Of a DNA stretch of 64,000 nucleotides, positions 14,248 through 30,780 are shown piece after piece (position 1 is the first letter of the stretch; each line of letters opens with the position of its first letter). The translations under genes and the position numbers were made by a program. The stretch spans positions 114,762,001 through 114,826,000 of the forward strand of contig OX597816.1 of assembly GCA_951406725.2 (NCBI GenBank), in the 5' to 3' direction. The notes under the pieces are model-generated. The model did no database searches. It saw nothing but the letters and a program-made list of their open reading frames with translations, and was not told the origin of the DNA. Origin of the DNA: Octopus vulgaris (taxonomy: Eukaryota).

Positions 14248-14505
14248 TATACATATATATGAATATATATGCATCTATATATATATGTGTATAGATATTA
14301 TTTATCTATCTATCTATATATGTGTGTATATATGTATATATATATATATATACATATACACATCATCATCATCATTTAGCATCCATTGTTGATGCTGGTT
14401 GGTAAGCTGAAGTGCTGCACCAAACACCAATCTGATTTAGTATGGTTTCTATGGCTGGATGCCATTCCATTGCACTCTTTTATGTGTCACTAGCACAGGT
14501 GCTAG

Positions 14506-14537
<32 letters not shown>

Positions 14538-15610
14538 TTTGATATTTGGCCCTCAAATATTTGAAGGAATCATAAGGGTTCCATCCTCCATTGTGACAAA
14601 CAGTGAGTGAGCTTTGAGCATTTCTAAACCTGGCAAAACCTAGCTTTCACCAGTTCTTGGTGCAGCTGTTTCATTCCAGAAGATTGTTAGGCAGGAAAAA
14701 TGGGTCAAGTTACGAGGTAAATTTGACCTCAGCTGGATTTGAACTCTGAAGCTCATTGAGCCAGAATGCTTACCAGAAAGCAATCTTTGATATTCTAACA
14801 ACTCTGCCAATTGACTTCATGTGTGTGTTTGTGTGTGTGTGTGTGTGTGTAGTGGGTATGTATGTATATGTGTGCATATGTATGTGTGTGTTTGTGTGTG
14901 TGTGTGTGTGTGTGTAGTGGGTATGTATGTATATGTGTGCATATGTATGTGTGTGTTTATGTGTGTGTGTGTGTGTAGTGGGTATGTATGTATATGTGTG
15001 CATATGTATGTGTGTTATTGTCTTCTTGATTTGTCATCCTGTGATAGCTGTAAAGAAATGTCTTCCTCATGCAAGCAATATTCTTCATTTACAATCATCT
15101 GTGAAAATATACCTGGTCATAGGGAAATATTACCTTATTTGGAAGCAGGTAAGGGTTGGTAACTGGAAGGGTATCCAGCTGAAAAATGTCCTCCTCAACA
15201 AAATTCTATCTGAAGCATGTGAGCATTGAAAAGTGACCCTCAAAATGGTGATGTTCAGCACCACTGTGTTTATATTGATACATCTATAAATGCACACACT
15301 GACTAACTATTGAAGACTTATAAATTTATAGAAATGGAAACAACAATTTTATAAATTTATCAATGATAACTTCATTTGTATGATCCCCTGCTATGTACTA
15401 TAAACTTAGCTATAATGGGCCACTACCATCAGTGTCTTCTGATGATGAGACTGATTAAGATCTTCAAATGATGTTGGGTTCAACATTATCAGAGCAAAGT
15501 GGTAAGAATGGAAAATCTTAAATAAGGAAAGAGTTTTGAAACAAAATTCTGATTGCACAATAGAATATTTAAATAAAAAATGTCAGTATATATATATATA
15601 TATATATATA

Positions 15611-15922
15611 TTAGTTTCAGCTCAGAGCTGCAGCCATGCTGATGCACTGCCATTTTGTACCACACTGTTATAACTAAGAGCCTCCTCTAATATGTGGCAC
15701 TTGGTGAAGAATGGAGTTTGATATAGCTACCCTAATCTGCACCTCTTGCAGTGAGGTAGGTTCATCTGGGACTCTCAACAGGAAGAGGTCCAGCTTTGAT
15801 TTAAAAACTGCTACATCTACTTTGTGCAAGTTCCTCAGACTCTTTGGGAGAATATTAAAAAGCTGTGGGCCCTTGAAACCCAGGCTGTTGCAGTAGCTGG
15901 TCCTGAAGTGTGATGGCCTTGC
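15611..15922 (-). pseudogene. 3' end of a CR1/L2-like LINE ORF2 plus tail
   Basis: [21 protein letters not shown]...[14 protein letters not shown] resembles CR1-group ORF2 C-termini. Stop at 15674; flanked by (TA)n. Confidence 0.75.
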
Positions 15923-16394
15923 TGTATATATATATATATATATATATAGATAGATAGATAGATAGATACATACATACATGCATACATGTATGTACGTAAA
16001 TATATATGTATGTATATATATATGTATGTGTGTGTATATATAAATATATATATTTAATATATATATATACATATATATATATATGATGGGCTTCTTTCAG
16101 TTTCCATCTCCCAAATCAACTCACGAGGCTTTGATCAGCTCAGTGTTATAGTAGAAGGCACTTGCCCAAGGTGGCGAGCAGTATTGTTGAATACAGAACC
16201 AAAATACTCCCCATGCAGCTGCACCTGCCCCTATATATATATATATGATGGAATATCCTTTATATCCCTGAAACAGCTGTAAGACTATCTCTTTATAAAT
16301 GTTCTACAAATTTCACATTGCTTTGGCTTTGTTGTCTCATTTTATTCAACATATACATACATACTACATACATACATACATACACACATACATG

Positions 16395-16491
<97 letters not shown>

Positions 16492-16880
16492 ACTCTTTTA
16501 CTCTTAGTCATTTGACTGTGGCCATGCTGGAGCACCGCCTTTAGTCAAGCAAATTGACCTGAGGACTTATTCTTTGTAAGCCTAGTACTTATTCTATTGG
16601 TTTTCTTTTGCCGAACTGCTAAGTTACGGGGGCGTAAACTCTGCAGCATCGGTTGTCAAGTGATGTTGGGGGGACAAACACACACACACACACATATATA
16701 TTTATATATACACATATATATACGATGAGCTTCTTTCAGTTTCTGTTTTCCAAATCCATTCACAAGGCTTTGGTTGGCCCAAGGCTATAGTAGAAGACAC
16801 TTGCCCAAGGTGCCATGCAGTGGGACTGAACCCGGAACCGTATGGTTGGTAAGCAAGTGACTTACCACACAGCCACTACT
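16492..16880 (-). mobile_element. SINE family B
   Basis: Head, CORE-like segment, microsatellite and tail all present. A partial copy lies at 16085-16230. Confidence 0.85.
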
Positions 16881-17911
16881 GTAGCTATGCCATATAGCCA
16901 CTTCATTATCATCACCAGCATCATCATCATCACCCTCATCATCATCATCATCATCATCATCATGGACTGCTTGACAACACCTGGAAAGCCAGAGGACTGT
17001 ACCTGGTCCCATTGTCTGTTTTTGCATGGTTTATATGGCTGGATGCTCTTTCTAATGCCACCCACATTAGAGAGAGAGAGGACTGGGTGCTTTTTACATA
17101 ACAGAAGCACTATAATATACGTACATAAAGGAAATGTTAATATGATGTTGTTATTTTAATGCACATTTAAGAAAAGTACCAGTTTGCGATCAGTGATAAT
17201 GTGTTTTTATACTGGAACATAAACATACAGAGATATATTCATATGTATATGAATATATGTGTGTGTGTGTGTATATATATATATACATGTATATACATAT
17301 ATATATATATCTGTATGTATATGCATACATATATATACATACCTATATATATATATATAAGATAAAACTTACTTGGAAAAGGATACGTGGCATTCGATCA
17401 TATAATAATAAAAATAATATATAAATATATGCATATATACATAGATATATGTATCATCATCATCATCATCATCATCATCATCGTTTAACGTCCGCTTTCC
17501 ATGCTAGCATGGGTTGGACGGTTCAACTGGGGTCTGGCAAGCCCGAAGGCTGCACCAGGCCAGTCAGATCTGGCAGTGTTTCTACAGCTGGATGCCCCTC
17601 CTAACGCCAACCACTCCGAGAGTGTAGATATATGCATATATTTATATTATATATATATACAGGGAGAGAAAGCAAGAGAAAGAGAAAGGAAGATGATAGC
17701 AGGGAGACACATACAGATTAGATAGATAGGGATAAATATATTTAGGTATAAATACGTACATATAACCAGTCAATAACAGCCGATATATTCATATACATAC
17801 ATAAATATATGTATATATATATACATATATATATATGTGTCATGTATATGTGTGTATATACATATTACGTTTATATATATATATATAATGTGTGAGCGTG
17901 TATATACATAC

Positions 17912-17965
<54 letters not shown>

Positions 17966-18333
17966 CATAAACACACGCAGATACATTGATGTCATGTACA
18001 ACATTGAGATAACCTATGTAGCAGAAAGATTTTATTCATGTTAACACTAATAAAACAATCTAAGAAACTGTGATAAATCGAAAATATGGAACAAGAGAAA
18101 TGTGAAACACAATAAGATACATTGTAGATCAGATAATGAACCATATGTACATCTGTATATTCATTGATATTGTGTTTGTACATGCACATACACACTCAAC
18201 ACATTCACAGACACGCATATGCACATGCACACAACTATATATACACATATGCATATATACATACACATGCATATGTATAGATATACATATATACACACTT
18301 GTGCTTGTGTGTATATATATATATATACATACT

Positions 18334-18364
<31 letters not shown>

Positions 18365-18377
18365 CTATCTATCTATA

Positions 18378-18429
<52 letters not shown>

Positions 18430-18431
<2 letters not shown>

Positions 18432-18810
18432 TGCAGGAGTGGCTATGTGGTAAGTAGCTTGCTAACCAACCACATGGTTTCGGGTTCAGTCCCACTGCGT
18501 GGCATCTTGGGCAAGTGTCTTCTGCTATAGCCTTGGGCCGACCAAAGCCTTGTGAGTGGATTTGGTAGACGGAAACTGAAAGAAGCCTGTCGTATATATG
18601 TATGTGTGTGTAAGTTTGTGTCTGTGTTTGTCCCCCTAGCATTGCTTGACAACTGTTGCTGGTGTGTTTATGTCCCCGTTACTTAGCAGTTCGGCAAAAG
18701 AGACCGATAGAATAAGTACTGGGCTTACAAAGAATAAGTCTCGGGGTCGATTTGCTCGACTAAAGGCAGTGCTCCGGCATGGCCGCAGTCAAATGACTGA
18801 AACAAGTAAA

Positions 18811-18812
<2 letters not shown>
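18430..18812 (+). mobile_element. SINE family B (full length)
   Basis: GGTGCAGGAGTGGCTATGTGG...GGTTCAGTCCC...GACTGAAACAAGTAAAAGA between (TA)n tracts. Confidence 0.9.
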
Positions 18813-18847
<35 letters not shown>

Positions 18848-18880
18848 CTATATATATATGTATATCTATCTATCTATCTA

Positions 18881-18948
<68 letters not shown>

Positions 18949-19111
18949 CTTATATATATGTATATCTATCTATCTATCTATATATGTGTATATATATATG
19001 CATAGATATACATATATACATACTTGTGCTTGTGCACATATATATATATATTTTTTTTTATCAATTGGGGTATCTGTCTGTATCTATCTATCTACATATA
19101 TATATATATGC

Positions 19112-19435
19112 ATTGCCAGCCTCGCCTGGCACGTAAAAAGTACCATCCGTACGTGGTCGATGTCAGCACCGCCTTGAACGACTTCTGTGCCTGTGGCACA
19201 TAAAAAACACCAACTGATTGTGGTCATTGCCAGTCTCCCCTGGCACGTGTGCCAGTGGCATGTAAAATGCACCCACTACACTCACAGAGTGGTTGGTGTT
19301 AGGAAGGGCATCCTGCTATAGAAACACTGCCAGATCAGACTGGAGCCTAGCACAGCCTCCTGGCTTCCCAGACCCTGGTCGAACCATCCAACCCATGCTA
19401 GCTGGGAAAACAGACGTTAAACGATGATGATGATG

Positions 19436-19438
<3 letters not shown>
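19112..19438 (+). mobile_element. RTE 3'UTR fragment
   Basis: Subrepeats plus GGAAGGGCATCC and a (GAT)n tail. Confidence 0.85.
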
Positions 19439-19495
<57 letters not shown>

Positions 19496-19576
19496 ATATA
19501 TACATACATATATGTAACTGCACGTGATTGTTGGTAATATTTTTATTTTCCTTCATCTTGGTCTTTTCTATTTTTC

Positions 19577-19615
19577 CTGTTTCTGAAGAAGAGCTATGCT
19601 TGAAACATAAAACAG
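19577..19615 (+). ncRNA. Minimal type I hammerhead motif (family E, slightly decayed)
   Basis: CTGTTT CTGAAGA A GAGC TAT GCTT GAAAC ATA AAACAG; 6-bp stem I (CTGTTT/AAACAG). Confidence 0.6.
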
Positions 19616-19720
19616 CTACACTTTTCTTTCTCTGAGCGTCTTATCAATGCATTGCTTATGCTATGTCCACGTGTTTGTTTGTTTTTTCTGTATATATATA
19701 TACAAATATATATATCTCTC

Positions 19721-20070
19721 TTTACTCTTTTACTTGTTTCAGTCATTTAACTGCGGCCATGCTGGAGCACCGCCTTTTAGTCGAGCAAATCGACCCCGGG
19801 ACTTATTCTTTGTAAGCCCAGTACTTATTCTATCGGTCTCTTTTGCCGAACCGCTAAGTGACAGGGACGTAAACACACCAGCATCGGTTGTCAAGCAATG
19901 CTAGGGGGACAAACACAGACACACAAACACATACATACACACTTATATATACATATATACGACAGGCTTCTTTCAGTTTCTGTCTACCAAATCCACTCAC
20001 AAGGTATTGGTCGGCCCAGGGCTATAGCAGAAGACACTTGCCCAAGATGCCACGCAGTGGGACTGAACCC
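19721..20070 (-). mobile_element. SINE family B (head truncated)
   Basis: Matches the reverse complement of 18430-18812. Confidence 0.85.
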
Positions 20071-20111
20071 ATACATATATATATGTATGTATGTGTGTGT
20101 GTGTGTGTATA

Positions 20112-20278
<167 letters not shown>

Positions 20279-20550
20279 TTGTCTGTATATGTATGTAGGA
20301 AGGCATTGCTGTATGCATTTATAAAGGCTGTAAGTTTGCAGTCTTGTTACTGAATATCTTAGAGACTACTGACATGAGTTCTGATGAACAGATAGTATCT
20401 GCAATTTGATAAAATATTTAGTGATACAGTTTCCTAGGTTCACACCAGAAAATTGGCTGCTGCCATAAACACATAAGCACCTCCTTAGAAAGACACACAC
20501 ACACGCATACACACACACACACATTCATTCATACATCTATATATATATAT

Positions 20551-20925
20551 ATGACCAAAACGACCTCCGTCTAATGGACGGTGCTGAGTTGTCAATCATT
20601 TAAACCAAGATTTCTCAAAACAACTTGTCCGACCGTCCCATAGGCCTGCCCTTTGAGAAACGCTGATTTAACCTAAATTTAAGACACCAGCAAAAGAAGT
20701 AAAAAAAGATAGACTTTTTTTCTATTCCAAAGAAAACCAATTTCCCATTGCTTTATCGATTGCATTCTCACCTGGAATCGATTTTTGTAATTTTTTCAAG
20801 ATTTATACATGCCCTGATACCGTCCGTATCTACATATGAAATTTGAGTGCAATTGGATGGAGGATGCCCGAGATCCTAGAAGCCACACACACACAGAGAC
20901 AGACAGAATGGATTTTATATAAGAG
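20551..20925 (-). mobile_element. Non-autonomous Helitron-like element (diverged)
   Basis: Subterminal hairpin CCGTC-TAATG-GACGG at the left end; ACAGACAGA...TTTTATATA at the right end, as in 48339-48855. Confidence 0.5.
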
Positions 20926-21000
20926 AGAGAGAGAGTGTGTGCAAACCTATTCATTTGAGTCTCCCTGAAGAAAACGCCTCGTATTTTTCATGTATATATA

Positions 21001-21208
21001 CTTTTATTAAAGCTGCAAAATTATCACAGAACTGTTACTCAGAGTTCCATGTTACCCTTCGTTGGACAATTTTGATAACAACAAACAGAAGCGTAAAACT
21101 CTGAGTAACAATTTTGTGATAATTTTGCAGCTAATAAAAGCACATTACTCTACATTTGATATTCGAGTATTATTTTTCTCACCTTGATTTGCACTTATGT
21201 ACTCACCT
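21001..21208 (+). mobile_element. Foldback insert with decayed hammerhead (same family as 26443-26658)
   Basis: Inverted repeat 21001-21140 (TGTTACTCAGAGTT / AACTCTGAGTAACA) followed by a tail shared with 26587-26658. Confidence 0.75.
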
Positions 21209-21515
21209 ATATGTACACACACATATACATACAAATGCAAGATTGTTTGTCTTATGCATGTTTTAGTCATTAGACAGCAGCCATAATGAGGCATCTCCTT
21301 GTTTGGCTTAGCCATTCAAATCAACCCCAGTGCCTGTATATATTGTAAGCCTGGTACTTATTCTATTGGTGTCTTTTGCCAAACTACTAAGTTATAGTAA
21401 CATAAACAAACCAACACTGGTCATCAAGCCATGGCTGGAAACACATAATACAAACACACACACTCACACACAGACATATATGTATGCATCCATATGTATA
21501 TGTATTAGAATGTGT

Positions 21516-21573
<58 letters not shown>

Positions 21574-21597
21574 TATTATGTATATACATGTATGTGT

Positions 21598-21963
<366 letters not shown>

Positions 21964-22563
21964 GCCTCCTTTGGTTTCTGTCAGTCAAGTTCACTCACAA
22001 GGCCGGGGTGCAAAAGAACTCATTTGCCCAATCAGCCATACAGTGTTGGAACTAAATCGAAAATCACAGGCTGAACAGCAATTGGTCAATAGTGTTTGAT
22101 GGAATCATATCCACTGTGTGAGCAGTTGTGTGTATTTGCGTGTGTATTTGTGTGTGTGTGTGTTTCAGCAAAGAATATCTGTTGTGTGATGATACACAGT
22201 CATGCATAGACATGTACCTTTACATACACACACAAACATATATATGTAGATGCATAATATTAATATATATGTATGTATGTAGGTATGAATATATGTATGT
22301 ATGTATCTACATCTATATATATATCAATATCTATCTATCTATATATCTATATCTATATATATGTAAACAGTATCTATATTTTATGCATGCATATATATGT
22401 AAATGCATATGTGTATATATATATATTTATATGTATATATATATATATGTGTGTGTGTGTATGCATAAGTATATGTATGTATATATATATATACACACAA
22501 ATACATAAACATATATCTGTGCATACACTCACATATTTGTGTGATTTCATGTTTTTTTTGTGT

Positions 22564-22616
<53 letters not shown>

Positions 22617-23228
22617 TATACACACACATGTGTATATGTGTGTGTGTGTATACATATACATGTACCTAGATCTGAAAAATTTATATTTTTTTATTAACAG
22701 TTTAAGCCAGTTTATTCAATATTATTTCTTCATTCATTTGAGTTTTTTTACTCTTAAAGAATTGTTTTCTTTTCTTAAGCAACAGATTAACATAAAACAT
22801 AAAACATAATCTTACATGATTGCTTATGCCACTTCACACACACACATACTCATACACACACGCATGCACACACACACACAAGCACATAAACATACACACA
22901 CACAACCACACACAAGCATGTACAAATACACACAGATAGATGTACATTCACATTTTTCTTAACAAAGATTTTAATATTTGTTCACATAACATATACTCTG
23001 AAGGAGTGCTAAAATAATGTAAACACACACACGCACATACATACATACATACATTTATATATATATATATATATAGGGAGAATTCACAAAAAGAAAAAAC
23101 ACGAAGACAGGTGGTGTAGATAGCAAACAGATGTATTAGTTTAATAGTTTAACACTCAGGATGTGAAAAAGTCTTTAATGTTTCAGGCTTATGCTCTTCC
23201 ACAAAAAGGAACGCAGAAAGAAACAAGG

Positions 23229-23272
<44 letters not shown>

Positions 23273-23275
23273 GTA

Positions 23276-23306
<31 letters not shown>

Positions 23307-23630
23307 GTATGTGTATATATATGCATACATATAAATATATATATATATATATATGCATATATATATGAAATGGTTATAACATGATAACACTAGTCATGCC
23401 CCAGCATGGTCACAGCTTTTGTGCTGAAATGCATAACAGAATAAAAGAAAAGAATAAAAGAACATATACATACACATATATATATATATATTTATAGGTA
23501 TGTGTGTGTGTGTGTATATATATTATAGTTATACATTATATATGTATATATACTTACACACACACACATATATATGAATATATTTGTGTGTGAGTGTGTG
23601 TGTGTATCCATACACATACATATATTTATA

Positions 23631-23721
<91 letters not shown>

Positions 23722-24510
23722 GCAAGAATGCAGATGTAGAATACTCTAGGAAGCACAAATATTCATTATTCACAAATATATTCACACTAAAGTAATGTGT
23801 GTGTATGTGCGAAGAAGTGTGTATCTGTGGGTGCAGTTGTAGACTATGTATTTGCATGTGTGCATGTGCTGCAAGAATAATACGTAATGCATTGTACTTT
23901 CACTAGATATGAATTTCAAGTATTCATTTCTTAAATTAAGCATTTTAGCTTGTTAGGTATTTATAATATACGTCATATATATATGTATCAACATACTCCC
24001 ATGCATGCAAATATTTATGTGTGAACGTGTGCCTCTGTATGTGTATGCATCCACGTCTCCATGCACCTGTGTCTGTGTGTGTGCATGTGTATATGTGTGT
24101 ATGTGTACACACGCACACACATATATGCATATATACATTCACACACACACATATATACACATATACATATATATATATATATACATACATATACATATAT
24201 ACATACATATACATATATATATATATAAAAATTGACTGTTTTGTAAAAATTGGACAATATAACAAGAAATATTTTGCTTAAACACACATGCTCATATGCA
24301 CACACACACACGCATATACATATATATACATATATATTAATATCATATATATTATATATATATACATATATAAAATATATATATATATATTAATATTATA
24401 TATATACATTATATATATACATATACAATATATATATATATACATACATATATATATGAATTTAAGTGTGTGCACATAAGTATTTATTACATATATATTT
24501 TAATAGATAG

Positions 24511-24637
<127 letters not shown>

Positions 24638-25212
24638 AGTGATAGATAACTAGATAAATAGATAGATATAAGATTCATTCAAATATTAAAGACCTGTCTT
24701 AAAACCTTGTTAATTTTCATGAAGTATTCATGTATTTGAGATGCTTCAATTTACTGTTCTTCAAATTCTAACAAATAATTACAAATACTGTCTGGTGGAT
24801 TGTTCAAAACGGATAGTGTTAAATAGATGGATACATAGAAAGGTAAGTTTGCAAATACAATCTTGTAGCTATAACAACTTAGAGTACATGATAGTTAGAT
24901 GAACAATGATGTAGACAGACAGAGAAAAGTAGATAAATAGATATATAGCTAAGTACAATACGTATTCATATATTTATAAACATGTACAAGGACTCTTGCT
25001 TTTGAGATGTAACTGAAACAGGATAAAGAGACATCATGGACAATACACAAGAATATGAATTTATGATAGCAGATATGTAGTCCTGCATTTTAAGAAGCAT
25101 ATATTCACTTTACCTTCACATATATGCAGAAATGTAGATACCCAGTTACATATGTATTTACATATACATATAAAACATAATGTTTATATATACCTACATA
25201 TATATATATGTT

Positions 25213-25243
<31 letters not shown>

Positions 25244-25594
25244 ATATAAAATATATATGTATATAATATATAGACATGAATTCATATATATATATATATA
25301 TATATACACATACACACACATACATATATATATATATGTGTGTATATTTATATATATTTGTATATATATGCATAGGCAGACATATATACACACACATACA
25401 ACCACAAACACACATTCACACATACATGCACACACTCATGCACAGACACATGTACACACACTTTACACATATGAATATCATATATATATATATATATATA
25501 CCCATTATATTATATAGTGTATATTTGATGCATATTTAAAATATATAATACATATCGTTATGTAAAATTATTTAGATATATTTATGCTATATAC

Positions 25595-25625
<31 letters not shown>

Positions 25626-25885
25626 TATATGTACACACACAAATATATAGCAATATGTATGCATGTATCTATGTATAAATGTAAGTATGTATATATTATA
25701 CACACTTACACACACACACAAATATATACATATATATACACACACACATACACACACACATATATATATAGTCCTTCATTTAGTCACCTGAAGCATTGCA
25801 CACATGATTTTGAATGAATAATACATACATACATACATACATGCATACATACATACATACATACATACATACATACATACATACA

Positions 25886-25919
<34 letters not shown>

Positions 25920-26442
25920 CATACATATACACTTACATACATAGACGAATGCATACAGTGTAGGTATGTATTCATATACATATGTAAGTATATGTATCCA
26001 AGTAAGCATATTTTTTTATATGAAAGTATATGTATATAAATGTATATAATCATAAATTGTTGCTATACAAACTAAGTACATTGCTGTGTATTTATGTATA
26101 TACTTAAACATGCCTAAGAAACATTTAAATATTGCTATCAAAATGCATAATATTATGAATGCATACGTATCACAAACCTTTATATGAATTACCTATAAAT
26201 ACATAGATATATACTTCTGCAAAAATATAAGCTTACATATCTATATAAAGACACATGTACAAATATATATACACACTCATTTATAGTTGTATATACATTC
26301 ACATATAAGTTATACATATATATATACAAAACACACTACACTACATATGCACACACACGCATTCTACCTATATGTACATACACATACAGAAATATCTTTA
26401 TATATTTGTATATTGGTTCATATATATATATATATATATATA

Positions 26443-26657
26443 CTTTATTTAAAAGTAGCAGAAATATAACAAAAGCTGTTACTCAGAGTTTCATGTTCCT
26501 GTTCGTCGGACAAAAGTGTCTGACGAATGGGAATGTAAAACTCTGAGTAACAGCTTTTGTGATATTTCTGCTGCTTTTAAATAAAGCATATTACTCTACC
26601 TCTGGTATTTGAGTACTCTTTTTTTCCACCTTGTTTCACATTTATGTGCTTACTCCA

Positions 26658-26658
<1 letters not shown>
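26443..26658 (+). mobile_element. Foldback insert: ~70-bp-arm hairpin with hammerhead motif plus tail, in (TA)n
   Basis: Hairpin 26443-26586 with a 4-nt loop. Consensus of the two arms is TGT CTGACGA ACG GGAA CGT GAAA CTCTGAG TA ACA. Confidence 0.8.
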
Positions 26659-26694
<36 letters not shown>

Positions 26695-26705
26695 TAGATA
26701 GATAG

Positions 26706-26787
<82 letters not shown>

Positions 26788-27019
26788 GTGTATGCAGTTG
26801 AAAGTTTACTTTTAAAAATCATAGTCAAAATGTCATTTTCTCTTTTGTGTTTTGCTTGTATTATCTAATAGAACAGAGGCGAACACTTGATTTACAGTTG
26901 AAAGCACACAAACACTCACAAATACACATGTGTGCACATGCTCAAGTGCTATATATATATAAACATACATACCATGTGTACATACATATCTACCTGCCAA
27001 CATACATACATACATATAT

Positions 27020-27065
<46 letters not shown>

Positions 27066-27260
27066 AAACACACACATATATATATGTGTATATGCATACA
27101 CACACAACCATACACACATGAATTATGTATAGTATATTCTAATGAGAGACATAAAATTTAATGATTTGTCTTTACTCTATTGTCATTTATGTGAAATAAT
27201 TGGTACAGAGGGCATCACTAAATATACATACATACATGCAAATTACAAAAATATGTACAT

Positions 27261-27310
<50 letters not shown>

Positions 27311-27659
27311 TGTGTATATGCAAGCATGCATATATGTATATGTGTGGGTATCTACATAAATATTTATGTAAGTCTGTGTATGAGTATGCATTAGTATTTA
27401 TTAAACATAAGTGTGTATACAGGCATATGCATATTTTTAATAACTTGTATTATTGTTAGTGATCATTTCCTTGGAACTTTTGCCAATACTGGTTTCCCAG
27501 AAGTGTTTCAAGAAGTGACTATTGGTAAAATTTCCTAATAGACAGTTACTACTAATGATAAAAATTTCTTAATAATAAATCTTATTTTGATTTTACAATC
27601 AGTAATAAGACTTTCAATTTGTACATGTTTAGTGTACATAAGTACATAAACAATAATGA

Positions 27660-27708
<49 letters not shown>

Positions 27709-27937
27709 AGTTTAATAATGAAATGAAAGGAAATACATGATACATACATGCCTAGATACACACACACACACACACACATTTATATAAATATATATAATTA
27801 CACACACACATATACATATATATTTATATTAGTATCTTTCTTGTTTCTTTGATATCAAGTGTTTGTTTGCCTTCATATTTTCTAAATAATTGCGTCTACA
27901 TACATGTCTATGTATGTATATTTACCTGCATTATTGG

Positions 27938-27974
<37 letters not shown>

Positions 27975-28121
27975 AAGGTATCTATTAAAGACTCATTTGT
28001 GCTTGAATATCAAAATTATAACATATATGAGCATCTTAAACGTGTCTCTCTAAACATTCTTACACATGAATTGATATATATAAACATACAAACATGTATA
28101 TATTTATGTATATGCATATAT

Positions 28122-28178
<57 letters not shown>

Positions 28179-28625
28179 AGTGTATGTTTATGTATTTGTA
28201 TATGTGTGTGTGTGTGTGTGTGAATAAAACATACAAATATATATATATCTATACTAAAGTGTGTACAGAAATTATGCTTGTTATATATCTGTATTTTTTG
28301 CATACATATATGTGTATATATATATATATGAATGTATCTATGTATGTATGTATATATAGATGTATATATAGATGTGTATGTATGTTTGTTTATATGCAGA
28401 TATGCATGGATGATTGTAGGCATTCTGACAGATGATTTGGATCTGACATGTCAACGAGTATGGCATGTTTGTATGTGTTTGATACGTAAATGTTTATGTA
28501 TATACGTCTATATATATATGTTTATTTGCATGTGATAGTATGTTTGTATGTATGCATGTATTTGTGTGTGCTTGATCGTCAGTGCTATTGTACAAGTACA
28601 TCTGGTGGCATGATCACTGCAGCTA

Positions 28626-28698
<73 letters not shown>

Positions 28699-28853
28699 AT
28701 GCATATATCTTTGTTTGTGAGCGTGTGTTTGCATGTGTGCTATATCTATCTGTCTGTTTATCTGTTTCTCTATATAAATATATATGTTTGTATGTATTTG
28801 TGCATGTATATATATATGTGTGTGTATATATATATATATATATATACACAGAC

Positions 28854-28886
<33 letters not shown>

Positions 28887-29581
28887 TTCATTTATTTATA
28901 TATACATATATATATGCATAAATATAAACATATATATATGTACACACACTCATATAGATACATATACACATATATATATATGAACATGTATATCTATCTA
29001 TCTACCTACCTATCTATCTGTATGCACACACACACACATACACTCACACATATACACACGCGCATATGCATACACATACACACACACATATACACACACA
29101 TGTACACACGCATTAACACGTGTGTGTTTGTGAACGAGAGTATATGTATATGCATGTATGGTATCTCTCTCTTTTATATATGTATGTGTGTGTCTGTTTT
29201 TGTGTTGTATATATATATATACACACACATATATAACCATACATGTATATATGTAATGGTATATATCTACCTAAATCTGTGTGTGTGTGTATGTATACAG
29301 TTGCATGCATATGTCTATATATCTATGCATGTAATTTATGTGAGCCTATATATACATGCTTGTTGGTACATGCATCTTTAGTGACTATAATTAGTTTGGT
29401 GGACTGTGTAGTCCATATGTTTGTGTTTGTTTGTGTGTGTGTGTGCATGTAATTGTGTATATGTGCCTGTGTGCATTGCCACTTTTAGTATATGAGTGTG
29501 CTTGTTAATTCATATACAATTGTGTATGTTTGCCATTGTCATTGTATATGCATGAGCATATACGTGTGTATTATATGTATA

Positions 29582-29617
<36 letters not shown>

Positions 29618-29632
29618 CACACACACATATAT

Positions 29633-29675
<43 letters not shown>

Positions 29676-29774
29676 TAGACTTAGATAAACTTAGATATGT
29701 TTCGACGAAAGATTGGTCCAGGCCATGTATATATATATATATATACATATATGTATATATATGTATATATATAC

Positions 29775-30005
29775 TTACTGTTAACAAAATTCAGGATGCA
29801 TGGTATTCAGTTTCTCAATAAATGAAAAATGCATTAAATATTACAAAATGTACACGACATAGAACAGACACAGGACCCTTATTCTTCATCAGTTATCAAC
29901 CAAAATACTAATACTGAGTTTATTCCTGGCTGATAACTCATGAAGAATTAGGGTCCTTCTGAGTCTGTCCTACATGTATGTTTTGTTGTATTTAATGTAT
30001 TTTCC
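29775..30005 (-). repeat. Foldback insert in (TA)n
   Basis: AGGACCCT..TTCTTCATCAGTTATCA / TGATAACTCATGAAGAA..AGGGTCCT, with arms reaching ~29825 and ~30003; short unique tail on the left. Confidence 0.7.
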
Positions 30006-30023
30006 CTTTATATGTATATATAG

Positions 30024-30132
<109 letters not shown>

Positions 30133-30218
30133 TGTATGTATATATATATTTGTGTACATATGTGCTCATATGCTCATGTATATCTATGCATGTGCATGAG
30201 TATGTGTTTGTGTGTGTG

Positions 30219-30284
<66 letters not shown>

Positions 30285-30780
30285 TTTGTGATGTCCGGTA
30301 GATGTTTAAGAGGCCCAATACTAAATTAATATGGTAAAGCTTACTTCATCTTCGTTGTAGTTTTATGAGTGAGTGAGAGCGACAGAGTGAGTGAATGAAA
30401 GAGAGAGAGAGAGAGAGAGAGGGAAATGAGAGATGAAGTTAAGCTAGAAAGAGAGGAAGAAAGTGAGGTCATGAGGAGAGAGAGAGAGGTCTGAGAAGAT
30501 TTACCTCTGTTGATATTCTCTGTCTGTGTGCCTGTCATATGATACATCTATGCATGCTGCTGCCGGATTAGTGTGTCTGTGTGTCTGCTTGACTGCAATG
30601 CTGGGTGTCACCACCTATCTGTTCGTGTTATGCCTGTATGTATGAACATATGTATGTATCTAATGTATGTATGTATATATGATTGTATGTATGTATGAAT
30701 GCATGTATGAATATATATATATGTATAAATTTCATGAATATATATATGTATAAATTTCACGAATGTATACGTTTGTATAA

